This document shows positions 13,201 through 23,873 of a stretch of DNA of 64,000 nucleotides, in pieces. Numbering within the stretch: position 1 is the stretch's first letter; each line of letters starts with the position of its first letter. Position numbers and translations under genes: made by a program. The notes below the pieces were generated by a model. The model worked only from the letters and a program-made list of their open reading frames with translations, was not told the origin of the DNA and did no database searches. The stretch is from Ruditapes philippinarum (taxonomy: Eukaryota): NCBI RefSeq assembly GCF_026571515.1, contig NW_026854157.1:372001-436000 (forward strand), in the 5' to 3' direction.

Positions 13201-16200
13201 GATTCACTCGTTGCTAAGAAAAATAGATGTGGAAATCACTGGTAGCTATGTAAAAATGTCAATGCTTACAATGTAAGGTCTCAACCCGGTACGGAATTTT
13301 CAAAGTGGTAAACAGTGTTAAAACAGAATGAAGATTTCTAAAAAAAAGTAGATAGCTAACCTATTATATTTTGGACCTCATTTGACTAAGATAATGTTGA
13401 TGTTTAAAGTTGAAGACAATATATAATTCATCAAGAACATTGGAATCCAGAATTAAGCCTCAAATAAGACTGATTTACAATAGAACAAAGGATATGAAAA
13501 TTCACCGGGCTGACACCGTTACTTCCTGGTTGCTTTGAAAATTTTACAGTTTGCTATGATAATTCAATGGTTGCAATGTAACTGATTGCTATAGAAGTAA
13601 ATGGTAAATGGTTGTTATGGAAAGCAAGCAGTTGCTGGGAAAAGACAATGATTCTTATGGAAAGTCAGTGGTTGCCATAAGAGTCACTTATTGCTATATG
13701 AAGTCACTGTTAGCTATGAAAGTAAAAGATTGCTAAGAAAGTCACTGGTTGCTATTGAATACCACGGTTGCTTTGGAATTTAAAAGGTTGCTATGGAAGT
13801 CAATAGTTGGTATGGAACGTCAGGATTGCATGGAAAAGTCGCTGGTTGTTATGGAAATTTAACAGTTGCTATGGGTAAGTCAATGGGTGTTATTAGAAGT
13901 CATTGAGTGCTTGAAGACTATGGTTGCAATTGAATGTCAATAGTTACTATGAGAGTCACTCGTTACTATGGGAAGTCATTGGTTGTAACTGAAAGTCACT
14001 GGTTGCTATAGAACTCCATGGTTTCTATAGGAAGTCACCGGAAGTCAAGGGAAGTGTCTGGCTGCTATGAAAAATCAATTGTTTTTATTGAAGTCAATTG
14101 TTGCTATGAAAGTCAGTGGGTTTTTTTAAGTTAATGGTTGTCATGGAAATAAATGGTTGCTACGTTAAGACACTGGTTGATATGGAAGCTACTGGTTTCT
14201 ATGAAAAGTAAGTGGTTGCTATGGAAGTAAATGGTTGCCATGGAAAAGCACTGGTTGATATGGAAAGTAAATTGAAAGACACTAGTTGATACGGCAAGAC
14301 ATTTAATGCTAAACAAATATATGCTGGCTATGAAAAGTCATTACTATTTAAGTCACTGGTTGCTGTGGGAAATCGGGGTATTATGGAAAATCACTGGTTG
14401 GTTATGAAGTCTATCGTTGTCATGGAAAGTCAATGGTTGTAATGAGAGTTACTAGTTGCTATATGAAGACATTAGTTGAAACGGAAAGTCACTGGTTACT
14501 ATGTAACTCTATAGTTACAATGGAAAGTTACTGGTTGCTATGGAAGTCACTGGTTACTATGGAAAATCAATAGTTGTAACGGAAGTCAATGGTTTCTAAA
14601 GAAAGTCACTGGTTGCTATGATAGTCACTGGTTGCTTTTGGAAGTTAATGGTTGCCATGGAAGTAAATGGTTGCTTTGTTAAGTAGCTGGTTGATATGGA
14701 AGTCAATGGTTTCAAAGGAAAGTCACTGCTTGTTATGAAAAGTAAGTGTTTGCTATGGAAAGTAAGTGGTTGCTATGCAAGTCAATGGTTGTCATGGAAA
14801 TTCATTGTTTGCGATTTTGGTTACTGATTGCTATGGAATGTCAATGGTTGCCATGGAATGGTAATTGATCATATGGAAAGTTTAAAGTCTATAAAAAGTC
14901 GCTGGTTGCTACAGCAATTCCTTTAGTGTAAAAAAGTCCATTGTTGCTATGAAAAGTCTATGTAATCACTAGTTGCAATGGGAAGTCAGTGTGTTATGGA
15001 AAATCACTTGTTGCTAAAGAGGTATACGGTTGTCATGGAAAGTCAATTGTTCCCATGTAAGTCACTAGTTGATATGACAAGTCACTGGTTGCTTTGAAAA
15101 TTCACTGGTTGCTATGGAAGACACTGGTTGCTATAAAAAAATCAGTGGTTGCTTTTGGAATGTATGGTTGCTGTGGAAAGTCAATCCATGACAAACAAAC
15201 AAACTAGGTAGACACATAATAGAAGATGTTTCATGTTAAAAATGAAAGCTCTAGCTCTTTAGATTTTTTAAGAAGACGATTCTTTTTACTATATACATAT
15301 AAGGAAAATCAATGCCCCCTGGGGCATGGCCAAGTTTGACAGACACCTACTAGAATATCATTCTACTAGAAAATGATTTAATTTCACCGAATATCTAAAC
15401 TTTAACTCTTTGGCTTTTTTAAAAGATAATTTGTTCTGTTGACTACTGTTTGAACCAATGAGACTGCAGCTATTCTTAGATTATATGATAAAGCCTTTTG
15501 ACGACTGTTTAAATGATAGCGTATGTTATAAAAATGTTGTGTAATTTGACAATTGTTTAATTTATCATTTTCAATTAATAGAACTTTAATGCTAAAATAA
15601 ACTTTGCATTACCACAAGAATGGTGACCAATGTTGAAATTACTGCTTCCTCGTCATCAGCTTGCATAGCGATGAGTCTTTCAAATGCTTCCACCCATTCG
15701 TTATCGTAAATTTCCTGATATACTTCTGCAAGTTTCGTCGGGCGGGTTCTGTCACTTAAATCGGCAATATTTAGATTGTTGTCAATGAGTTTATTTCCCA
15801 ATGCTCTGCTTAGTCTGAAAAGTAATTATGAGTTGAGTCGTCCGGTTAAATATCCAGTAATTTATTATATACTTTCCTTTCTAAAAACAAATTTAAAGCA
15901 ACACACCTTTTTAGAAAAAAATATATTTAAATTACCTTGTTCTAGTATCATCTAGTTCTGCCTCAGTGTTCCTTAGTTTCTCCCTTGTGTCTTTAAGCTG
16001 TTTTTCCAATGTAGAATATCTCTCTGATTCCCGTTTGTCAGTAGTACGGGACTCATATCGTTCTCGGTAATTTATTCTTGTCTTACTCTCTTCATGCTCT
16101 AGAGCTTGGATTTTATCTTTCTGTTCGTTGATGATTAGTTGCAGTTTCTGTTCCTCTTTATCATATGCTTTCTGCAACTCATCTTTGTATTCCAAATATT

Positions 16201-17526
16201 TCCTCTCGATATCTTTCAGTTTTTTATTCTTTTCTTCACTTTCGTTGAACTTTTTTTGAAGATCGTCGTACCTTTTTTTCATTTCAGAGTACTTATCTGT
16301 ACTCTTTCGAGATGTATCCAATTCACGTCGGAGGCCTTCATTTTCTCTTTCTAATTTGGCAACTTCAGTTGTATTTACATCCTAAAATAGTAATAGAACA
16401 AACTATCTTGTATTGACCTACATATACAATACATATTGTGCTTCTATACATATCGATGCAATCTGAAAAGAAGAAAAAAAGGAAAAATGTATTTGACTTT
16501 TTTTGCTGACAATATTTTTTTTAGAAAAAGATTTATGTTAAGTAATTTTTAATTTTTTGTCAAGTATTATACCTAAACAAATTCATAAAGAGTATTCAAA
16601 TTATCATAAATCGTCACGAGAGTAGATGAAGTAAGGTACTTCCCAATGTGCCAATATCACTTTACTGATAAATTGATATATTTGCTGAAATTTCATGTGT
16701 ATTAGATTCAACATTATGTTAATATAGTAATGGTTTACTTGGATTGCTTGAAAGCTTCCATTTTCCTATTTGAAAAACCCTGTCTTTAATTTTAAAAGTG
16801 TTGAATGGCCTCAGGAAAGAAATCAGCAATCTTCTTGATGTATGCTAATTTCCATAAACATTTTGAAAATGTACTTGAAAGTAAACTATTTTAAGTGAAC
16901 ACAGAAAGTAATATACACATCGTAAACGGTACTTACAAACCATGACAATTACCAAAAATGACAAAATAGGCAAAATAGTCATTACTGCGTTTGAGTTACG
17001 CAGTTACTGTACAGAAATGTTGATTAGGACTGCAATATCGGACAATTTCATGTAAAATTTATTCATTCAATCTTTAAGTTGAATCTTTTTGCCTTTCTTA
17101 AAGATAAGCAAAGTTTTCTCATCTTATTTTCTTTGATATATTCTAAATTTGCTCATCTGTAGGCTTGCAGTTTTAATAAGACATTTGTGTATTTGTATAA
17201 GACGGCAAAGAAGAAAAAATAAAATTTTGCAGAGGATTTTATTTAACATTGCATGATTAAAGACAATCAAGATTGAAGGGACAAAATAAAACTTTTTTCC
17301 GTTGAATTGAATTTTAACGATTCTTAAATTACAGATAATATTAACACTCACCGTAAAGTGTATTTCTTGTTTGGCTTTTTCGACCAACTCTGGAACCTTT
17401 GTCGTCAGTAAGTTTAACAATTCTTGCATGCTTGATTGACAATGTTCAATTTTCTCAAAGTCCTCAATAGAAGTAGAATATTTGATAGTTGATTTTGAGG
17501 AAATAATATTCACATCTGTTGAAGGT
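10278..17526 (-). CDS. Long MIEAP-domain-like coiled-coil protein, copy B1 (at least 7 exons, ~500-535 aa; start codon uncertain)
   Basis: Exons 17526-17352 (first in-frame ATG at 17429), 16381-15936 (coiled coil), 15814-15613 (NIADLSDRTRPTKLAEVYQEIYDNEW), 12776-12696, 12264-12175, 11612-11508 (YLEACFNLCWLM) and 10784-10278 (VQDPPL...VVLPALL...KGVAQ plus a low-complexity tail). All are GT-AG with compatible phases, and the sizes 202/81/90/105 match B2. Confidence 0.85.
11773..11879. repeat. Two-copy ~54-bp direct repeat containing TGACCTTTGAC
   Basis: GTAAATAAAGGAAGAGC..GTGAATATGACCTTTGAC.TCATG.TCACATGA occurs twice in tandem inside a B1 intron. Confidence 0.7.
13110..15185. repeat. Degenerate ~20-22 bp minisatellite (consensus about GGTTGCTATGGAAAGTCACT), ~2 kb, in a B1 intron
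   Basis: Dozens of variants of GTTGCYATGGAA(A)GTCA. Older remnants occur at ~1170-1330 and ~23140-23470. It is absent from the corresponding B2 intron. Confidence 0.88.
13273..13522. mobile_element. Possible ~250-bp MITE nested in the minisatellite
   Basis: Imperfect terminal inverted repeats GTAAGGTCTCAACCCGGT (13273-13290) and ACCGGGCTGACACCGTTAC (13504-13522) enclose non-satellite sequence. Confidence 0.5.
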
Positions 17527-19315
17527 CTAAGAGTATTTTAAATAAAAAAGAAATGAATAAAGAACATGTTCACGCATTATGAAATGACAAATACTGCATA
17601 AGAACCTTCTTATTGAAATTTCGTATTTTGCTACATGTGAAAAAGTAATAAGATTAAAGATAAATCTGTTTATTATGTTTACTTATTTACTTGATGACGT
17701 CCCGTGTTTTCAACGTATAGTGAAAATAAAAGATCTTTTTCTTGGTTATAGATATGGCGCTAACACATAATTATACGAACCTTCAAAATACACTCAGCCT
17801 TAATATAGTAGAGATATTGCATTTAAAAAGTACAAGGTTTTATTCTTAAGAGTCTCAAATGTACAACTTGCAAACTATGACTGATTGTGAAACTTTCAAA
17901 CTAATATTTTTTTATCATATTATAGAAATCATTCAGATAAGTTGTCGGTCGGAGAAATTAGAAACTACTGGTAGGATATCAAGGAAGCCTAATCCGGCAG
18001 TCAAACCGCCGAGATATGTCTACAAATGTTTTAAATTCGGCGTAAAAGAAAAAAACAACATAAGTCATGAAGAAAGTCAAATAGGCATTATTTGTCTATC
18101 AAATTGATAAAAAAAAATTGATAAAATTGAACCACACTGATACCTATGTCTCGTCCTTTACTTTTCCTAATTATGCCTAGTACCAGTATGAAAAGGGAGC
18201 TACAAATGTATTAGGTCATTTGTCATTTGTTTGTAATGCTGTGTCAGTATTCCATATAGTCAGCTCATGGACATTTATTTCTTAAAAAGCATTCAAGTCA
18301 TTATCAGTGACTTTTTTAATTAGTTGGGTTTCATCATTACTTTCATCACTGAGTCTCTCTTTATTTACCTTTTTCAGGTATCCATTATATCCTCACCAAG
18401 TGTAATCCACTTTATGTAAACGTTATCTTAATGTTTCAATGTCAGCTTAAACAGACACATTAGCACAGGTGAAATGACATTCAAAACCGAAAGTATATAT
18501 AAAACTTGCAGTTTGCCACTATTTTTATTAATATTTATTTTTCCGTTTAAACTTTAAATAAATCGAGTTATCTGTAATATAGTCCTCCATATCTATTTTT
18601 TGAAATTTGCGGGTTTAATAAAACACTGTGCTATTTTTGTAATAGGTTTGCTTGTGTTAGTAAAATCAATACCCCGATATACATTTCTAAAGGACAGATA
18701 GCACAGCTATAGAGAAATATCTAAAAAGAAATTTTAAATGTCGTAACGTTGCCTGTATGTCAATTATATAAAAAAAATGATTTATGTTGGGTTAAATGTT
18801 ATTGGTAGCAATAGCAATGTGTAGAACTTACTGTTTCTTGGTTGCGGAGATTCAAGATTGTTTGATGAACGCTTCTGCACAATAGTGTTATGTTTACATA
18901 ATCTTGTGAACGTTTTTGTAAACTGCTGATCAAAAGTGCTGAACACGGATAACTACAAGTATATGCCCTTCTTAATGCGTACTCGAGATTCATCTCAAGA
19001 TGCTAGCAAATATAAGTCTCTGTACGGCGAAAGCAATACAGTAGTGTTGATGACATTAAACAAGCATTTGATATATCGTATATAATTTAAACAGTGATAG
19101 AACCTATTGAAACAACAACAATATTTTAGTGTTTTATTCTCTTTTTTAAGATAATATTACAAGCAGTTATAGTTATATTAAAAATACGAAAAATGCCTTC
19201 TTTCTCAGGAGCTTGTTAATTCTACTTACACGTAGACAATAAGTGTTATGAAAGTGAAATGTGTAAGACCAAAACATTAGACAAAACGTTATATGTTTTT
19301 AGGTTCAATAAGTTG
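16725..19315. repeat. 5' block of B1 (upstream region, first exon, part of intron) duplicated at 57772-60255
   Basis: Near-identical sequence starting at TAGTAATGGTTTACTTGGATTGCTTGAAAG and continuing through the exon and upstream region. The two copies differ internally at ~18150-18800 vs ~59180-59720. Confidence 0.9.
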
Positions 19316-20848
19316 TATGTATATATGTAGGTTTTTATAAAATGACATTTGTGTTTTCTCCTTAATCTGCCTTTTGCATAACCAGCTTTTATCTGCTTGA
19401 TATAGATTATACATTTGTACTGGGCAACCTTTTATATGACTGCCAGTGCGCTTTTGTCTTCTTCAACGAACCAAAGCTTTAGCAAAAACGACAAATGATA
19501 ACACTAAATGTACATGTATATCAAGAATACTACACATTAATGTTTTAACTATACTTTTTGATTTAATATTATATTAACTAAGACAAATTTTCCCTTTAAA
19601 GTGTTATAGAATCTATAGACTTCATGTACCTTTATATAATTCAGATGTGACAATTTAACAGACCTGTATGTAAACAACATTGTAGTTACGTAAGCGTCAG
19701 ATAAGCTCAACACATAGATATGAAACAAGCGTTTATGACAACACATTTTTTGATGTAGACATGACTTTTGTGGCAAGCAGTTGAAAAAATCTTTCGACAC
19801 ATTCAAAACGGGTTCCCCAGTTTTCACGTATTCAAATACGCCGCGCTTTAAATATGAAAACCACTTTACACCGAATGGCTCTTACTTTAGCCAGAGTGAT
19901 TTTCATCTTGAAAGCGCGGGGCAAAGCTTAGAGCTATTTTTAAATTTGTCGAAAGATTTTGTAAATAGAGTAAACCGCGATAATCTTGATTTTTATTTCG
20001 CCTGTTGCGTTGTCTATATTTTAATGACCATCATCGTAGAGAATAATAATTTCTGTGCCGTTGGACAAAAGTATTCAGTGAAAATATTGTAAACGGAATA
20101 AAACAAATGGTGATTTTGATGGTAGGTGTGCAGATTTTCCCGGCGAACATTTTTGTCTTGTGTATTATTATAGACGTTGAAATATGATTTTTTTTTCTAA
20201 ACGGTTTATTTTAAGATTTTTGATATTATATTAATTTTGATATTATTTATGATCAGTACATGTGATTGATTTTAAAGGCGTTTTAAACTCCACACCTTAA
20301 TTGGTTGACTTTTGTCATTACAAAGAAAGTCGCAATAAATGAAAATGAAATTTGAAACGTATGTTTTAGAAAAAAGAAGAGCAATTAACGAGAATAGTTC
20401 ATAAAAAGAAAACGACATTTTATATTACGAGGTTGGTTATTGTTTAAATACATACTGTTAAGATATTTGGTCGTAATTTAAATAATTTACACCCCCTGAG
20501 GCTGAGGACCTGCCTTTAAGGGTAAAGACATGCAAAAACCGTGTTCGTAAGAGGCAATTTAATGTGTTCGTGTCTATAAATCTAAAAGCCCCAATATGTT
20601 AGGCAGATTTGACATTATATTTTGCTTTTATTTTTATTCAAGTTTGTAACACTCGAGGTTAGCCAAAATTGTCTTTCCTGCTTGGTGCCATATGACCTTA
20701 ATAAACAAACAAACAAATAATATTATGGGATTTTCAATGAGTTATAATTGTTATAATTTACGCGAAAGATTTGATGTTTTAAAATGTAAGTTGATTAAAT
20801 GTAAACACTTATAATAATGTGTCGGAAAAGAATGGAAGAAAATAAAAC

Positions 20849-22034
20849 CTTGTTTTTGTGTCGTCAAGTTCTTCTTGGGTTTTTTTTAAAGTCTCCGACA
20901 CACGCTGAAGTCTGTCATTCGTAGACTTGAGTTGCTTTTTACTCTCTTGTAACTGTTTTCTTAATATTTCTTTGTCATTGGATTCAAATTCATTCTCTTT
21001 AATGCTTTCCTGGAGTTGTTTAGATTTCTCGACTTGTTTTTTAATCTCTTCCTCACACTTCTCGAGCTTTTGTCGTTGCAATTTTATTATTTCATCAGCT
21101 AAATGTTCAGAGTCTTTAATCTTTTGTTCCCATTCTTTTTCCTTATCTTTATACAGTTTTCTTAGGTCATCATAATCCCGTCTTAGTTGTTCCTCTTTTT
21201 TGTTCTGTCTTTTAAAGTGATGTTTCAATTTCTCATGTTCCCTAGTAAGAGATTCAAGTTTTTTTGCTGAAAACTTAAAAATGCGCTCGAAATTAAGTAT
21301 TCTCTCTCCTGTAATAACTAAGAAAAAGGAAATTGAATTGCTGAATAATATCATACTTACGGGACACTAAATCTATTACTTTTGTCCGCAGACGTCTTTT
21401 TTCAAATACACAAATTCTTAACTACTTTATATATTATATAACTAATAAAAAACAATGAAACAAAAATGTTTCCGATAATTAATATACGCAATCTCAAAGC
21501 AAAGCCGTTCGGTGTGTTCAGTAGATAGAGCGTTGGAATGTGAATCGGACGACTCGGGTTTAATTCTCCGATGGTGCAGATCAATTTTGTTGTGATTGAT
21601 CGCGAAATCCTTTCCACAATCATGAAGACTGTACCTCTGCTCTTGCGTTTACAGAAAATATCATTCGCTTGCTATAGCGAAGACAACTTGCACTGGTTAA
21701 CTGCATGAATGCCTAGCCAGGGACAATGAGGTTGCTTAACTATGCTCTGATTAATTTAGTGCCCTTGTCCTGAGTGAAATTACAAACAACCACAATAACA
21801 ATTTTCAAAGCAATTACATCTTTTAATGGAAAACTGTAACTGTTTCTTGTAACCTGCTCATAGATTTTGTTATTAATGTACATGTATCACGACAATTAAG
21901 TAACATTTAAGTCAGCTACTTACACATTGATGATCTCTGTAGTTTTCAATTTTCTGAACAGCAACTCGCAGGTTTTCACTAACCGAAGCAATATTTGTCC
22001 ATAGTTGTTTATGCGGTTCTGCATTGGCTGTCAT
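20849..22034 (-). CDS. Orphan 5' module of a family member (C): short first exon(s) plus a long coiled-coil exon, with no MIEAP-domain exons of its own
   Basis: Open coiled-coil exon from 21266 (or 21308) to 20849, ending ...ELDDTKT-AG|GT at the same position and phase as B1 (LDDTRT) and B2 (LDETKT). Candidate first exon 22034 or 22024 to 21924 with a GTAAGT donor. The 5' exon structure is uncertain. Confidence 0.6.
21503..21800 (+). mobile_element. Old tRNA-derived SINE (possibly Meta-domain type)
   Basis: A-box-like TGTTCAGTAGATAGAGCG, B-box-like GGGTTTAATTC, body GATCGCGAAATCCTTTCCACAATCAT and an (ACA)n-like tail. Highly diverged. Confidence 0.45.
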
Positions 22035-23542
22035 TTTTTCTTAAAATATATTAAAATAAAATGAGAAACATGTCCTAGTTGAAGGACTATTTTAATATAT
22101 TTTTGTGTGTTGGGCAATTATATTGGTTTCTTCCTCAAGTTGTCTTTGGCTTACAAGTTCAAAGAAAGCAGATGAGACTTTAAATTTCATTTTACGTGTT
22201 TCAAAGCAACTTATATATTTACTCGCAAGTACGAAATCAATATTTATTACATACAAACTGTCAAACGAACCACCTTAAATATGGGTAAGAGTTTGTATTA
22301 AGGCGACCGTAGGGAGTCTTACCAAACTCTAACCCATATAACTGCAAATTGGCTCTTACAACTCGATATCAGATAAAGATCGAAAAAGTGTCTTCCTGTC
22401 TTCCTGTCACCCATTGTTTTTCCCCAGCAGTAACGTACAAACACACTTCATTACGTCTTCATGTGGACGGGGTCATATTGCTTAATCCGGCATGTAAAAC
22501 AATGAGTATTCACATCTTCATAATATTTAGGATTGTAAATACAGTTCATTCCTGTCATATGAAACAAAATAAACTTCTTCTAGAAGAAAAAATCAGGCAG
22601 CAATTCAAAATCGACATTTTTCGTAAAAGTTTAAAGTATATAAAAAAAGTTGCTGTGTAATTATTTGTCTATGTAAGCTCCACGTGTATTATCTATGTAT
22701 TAAAATGTAACGTTGAAAATTCCATCCAATTATCTCTCTTTGATTAAGGTAAACAAATTGGCTACTTTGGAGACACTTTTAAACATTTCATATGCTCACA
22801 TAAATATTTTGAGTCATAAGTTAATATAATCTATCTTTTTTATAGTTTCTGTGAACAATTATTTGCTGTTAATTTTTGGCCTGATGAAATATGGGGCAGT
22901 CTTTAGAGGTTGCGGTATTAAATACATGAACTAAAGGTAACCCTAGTGCCTGGGAGGCTTAATCCTTAATATACTGTATATACTGTCTGGTTCATTACGC
23001 AAAGCCATTGGAATTAAGGATTAGTATTTTTCACAACAGATTTTCAGCTGTTAATTTAAGAAAACAATTTTTACCATTGATTCATTGACAGCAATAACGA
23101 AGCGCTTAATAACAAGTTAAAAGGAATATTGATATAAATGAAAAGAAGGAAATCATTGGTTGCTTTAAATAGTCATTGGCTGTTAAAGAAAGCTTAAAGT
23201 TGCTATTGATTCAAAGGTCAATGGTTAATATTAAATTCACTAGTTACTATGAATAGTGAGTGTTTGCTATTGCAATTCCTGCTTTGTTAATCACTGGCTG
23301 CTACTGAAACTAAATGGTTGCTTTTGAAGTCATCGTTATATAGTAATTCAACGGTTGTCATCGAAATGACAGCTTGGTAAGTGATGTCAATTGTTGCCGT
23401 AGATACAACGGATACTAAAGAAAGTCAATGACCGCTTTGAAAAAAATGGTTGCAATGATAGTTATAAGGTTTTGTTTGCTCAGATTAGATGATCAAAATT
23501 AGTTTAACTTTAGTTGAGCATTTTAAACAAAATCTATAACAA

Positions 23543-23873
23543 AAGCGGCCGGATAGCTCGGTTGGTAGGGTCGCTGTACGGTATTTCGACGGTCCCGGGT
23601 TCGAGTCCCGGTCAGGCTGCACATTTTTCTCACCCTGTGATATTTGGAGCCCAACGTGGGGCCGTGACTGAATACAGCTCAGAGTTTAATTCACATTGCT
23701 TTGCGAGGACGAATTTCAATATAGCAGAGGAGTATATCACGATACTGTTCACTATATACGGGAGAAGATGTGTAAGCGGTCGGATAGCTCAGTCGGTAGG
23801 GTCGCGATACGGTATTCCGTCGGTCCTGGGTTCGAGTCCCGGCCAGGCTGCACATTTTTCTCACTCTGTGACA
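23543..23873 (+). mobile_element. Miniature LTR retrotransposon (TRIM) with tRNA-derived LTRs, Helenus-like
   Basis: Direct repeats at 23543-23642 (5'-truncated) and 23735-23873, each with an A box (TAGCTCRGTYGG) and a B box (GGTTCGAGTCC). PBS TGGAGCCCAACGTGGGGC at 23645-23662 matches the tRNA-Lys(CUU) PBS at 17/18 positions. Purine tract AGCAGAGGAG precedes LTR2, whose ends are TATCAC...GTGACA. Confidence 0.8.

Larger units (their letters stand above)
1350..16381. repeat. Segmental duplication, copy 1 (genes A1+B1); paralogous to ~23874-39467
   Basis: Collinear matches in exons, introns, the intronic element and intergenic DNA, e.g. 1380-1460 vs 23900-23985, 7980-8480 vs 33985-34510 and 15940-16070 vs 39004-39135. 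Confidence 0.92.

Noticed and set aside
13110-15185. CRISPR-like array (also 1-1060, 49900-50800 and 61405-62320)
   Set aside because: The context is eukaryotic, the units are degenerate tandem repeats without unique spacers, and there are no cas genes.
17562-17571. p53 response element (GAACATGTTC; also ~58588)
   Set aside because: It is a single half-site only, which is expected by chance in 64 kb.
23545-23620. Functional tRNA genes at 23545, 23776, 45661 and 59201
   Set aside because: A and B boxes are present but the cloverleaves are imperfect, and each head is embedded in an LTR or SINE body.
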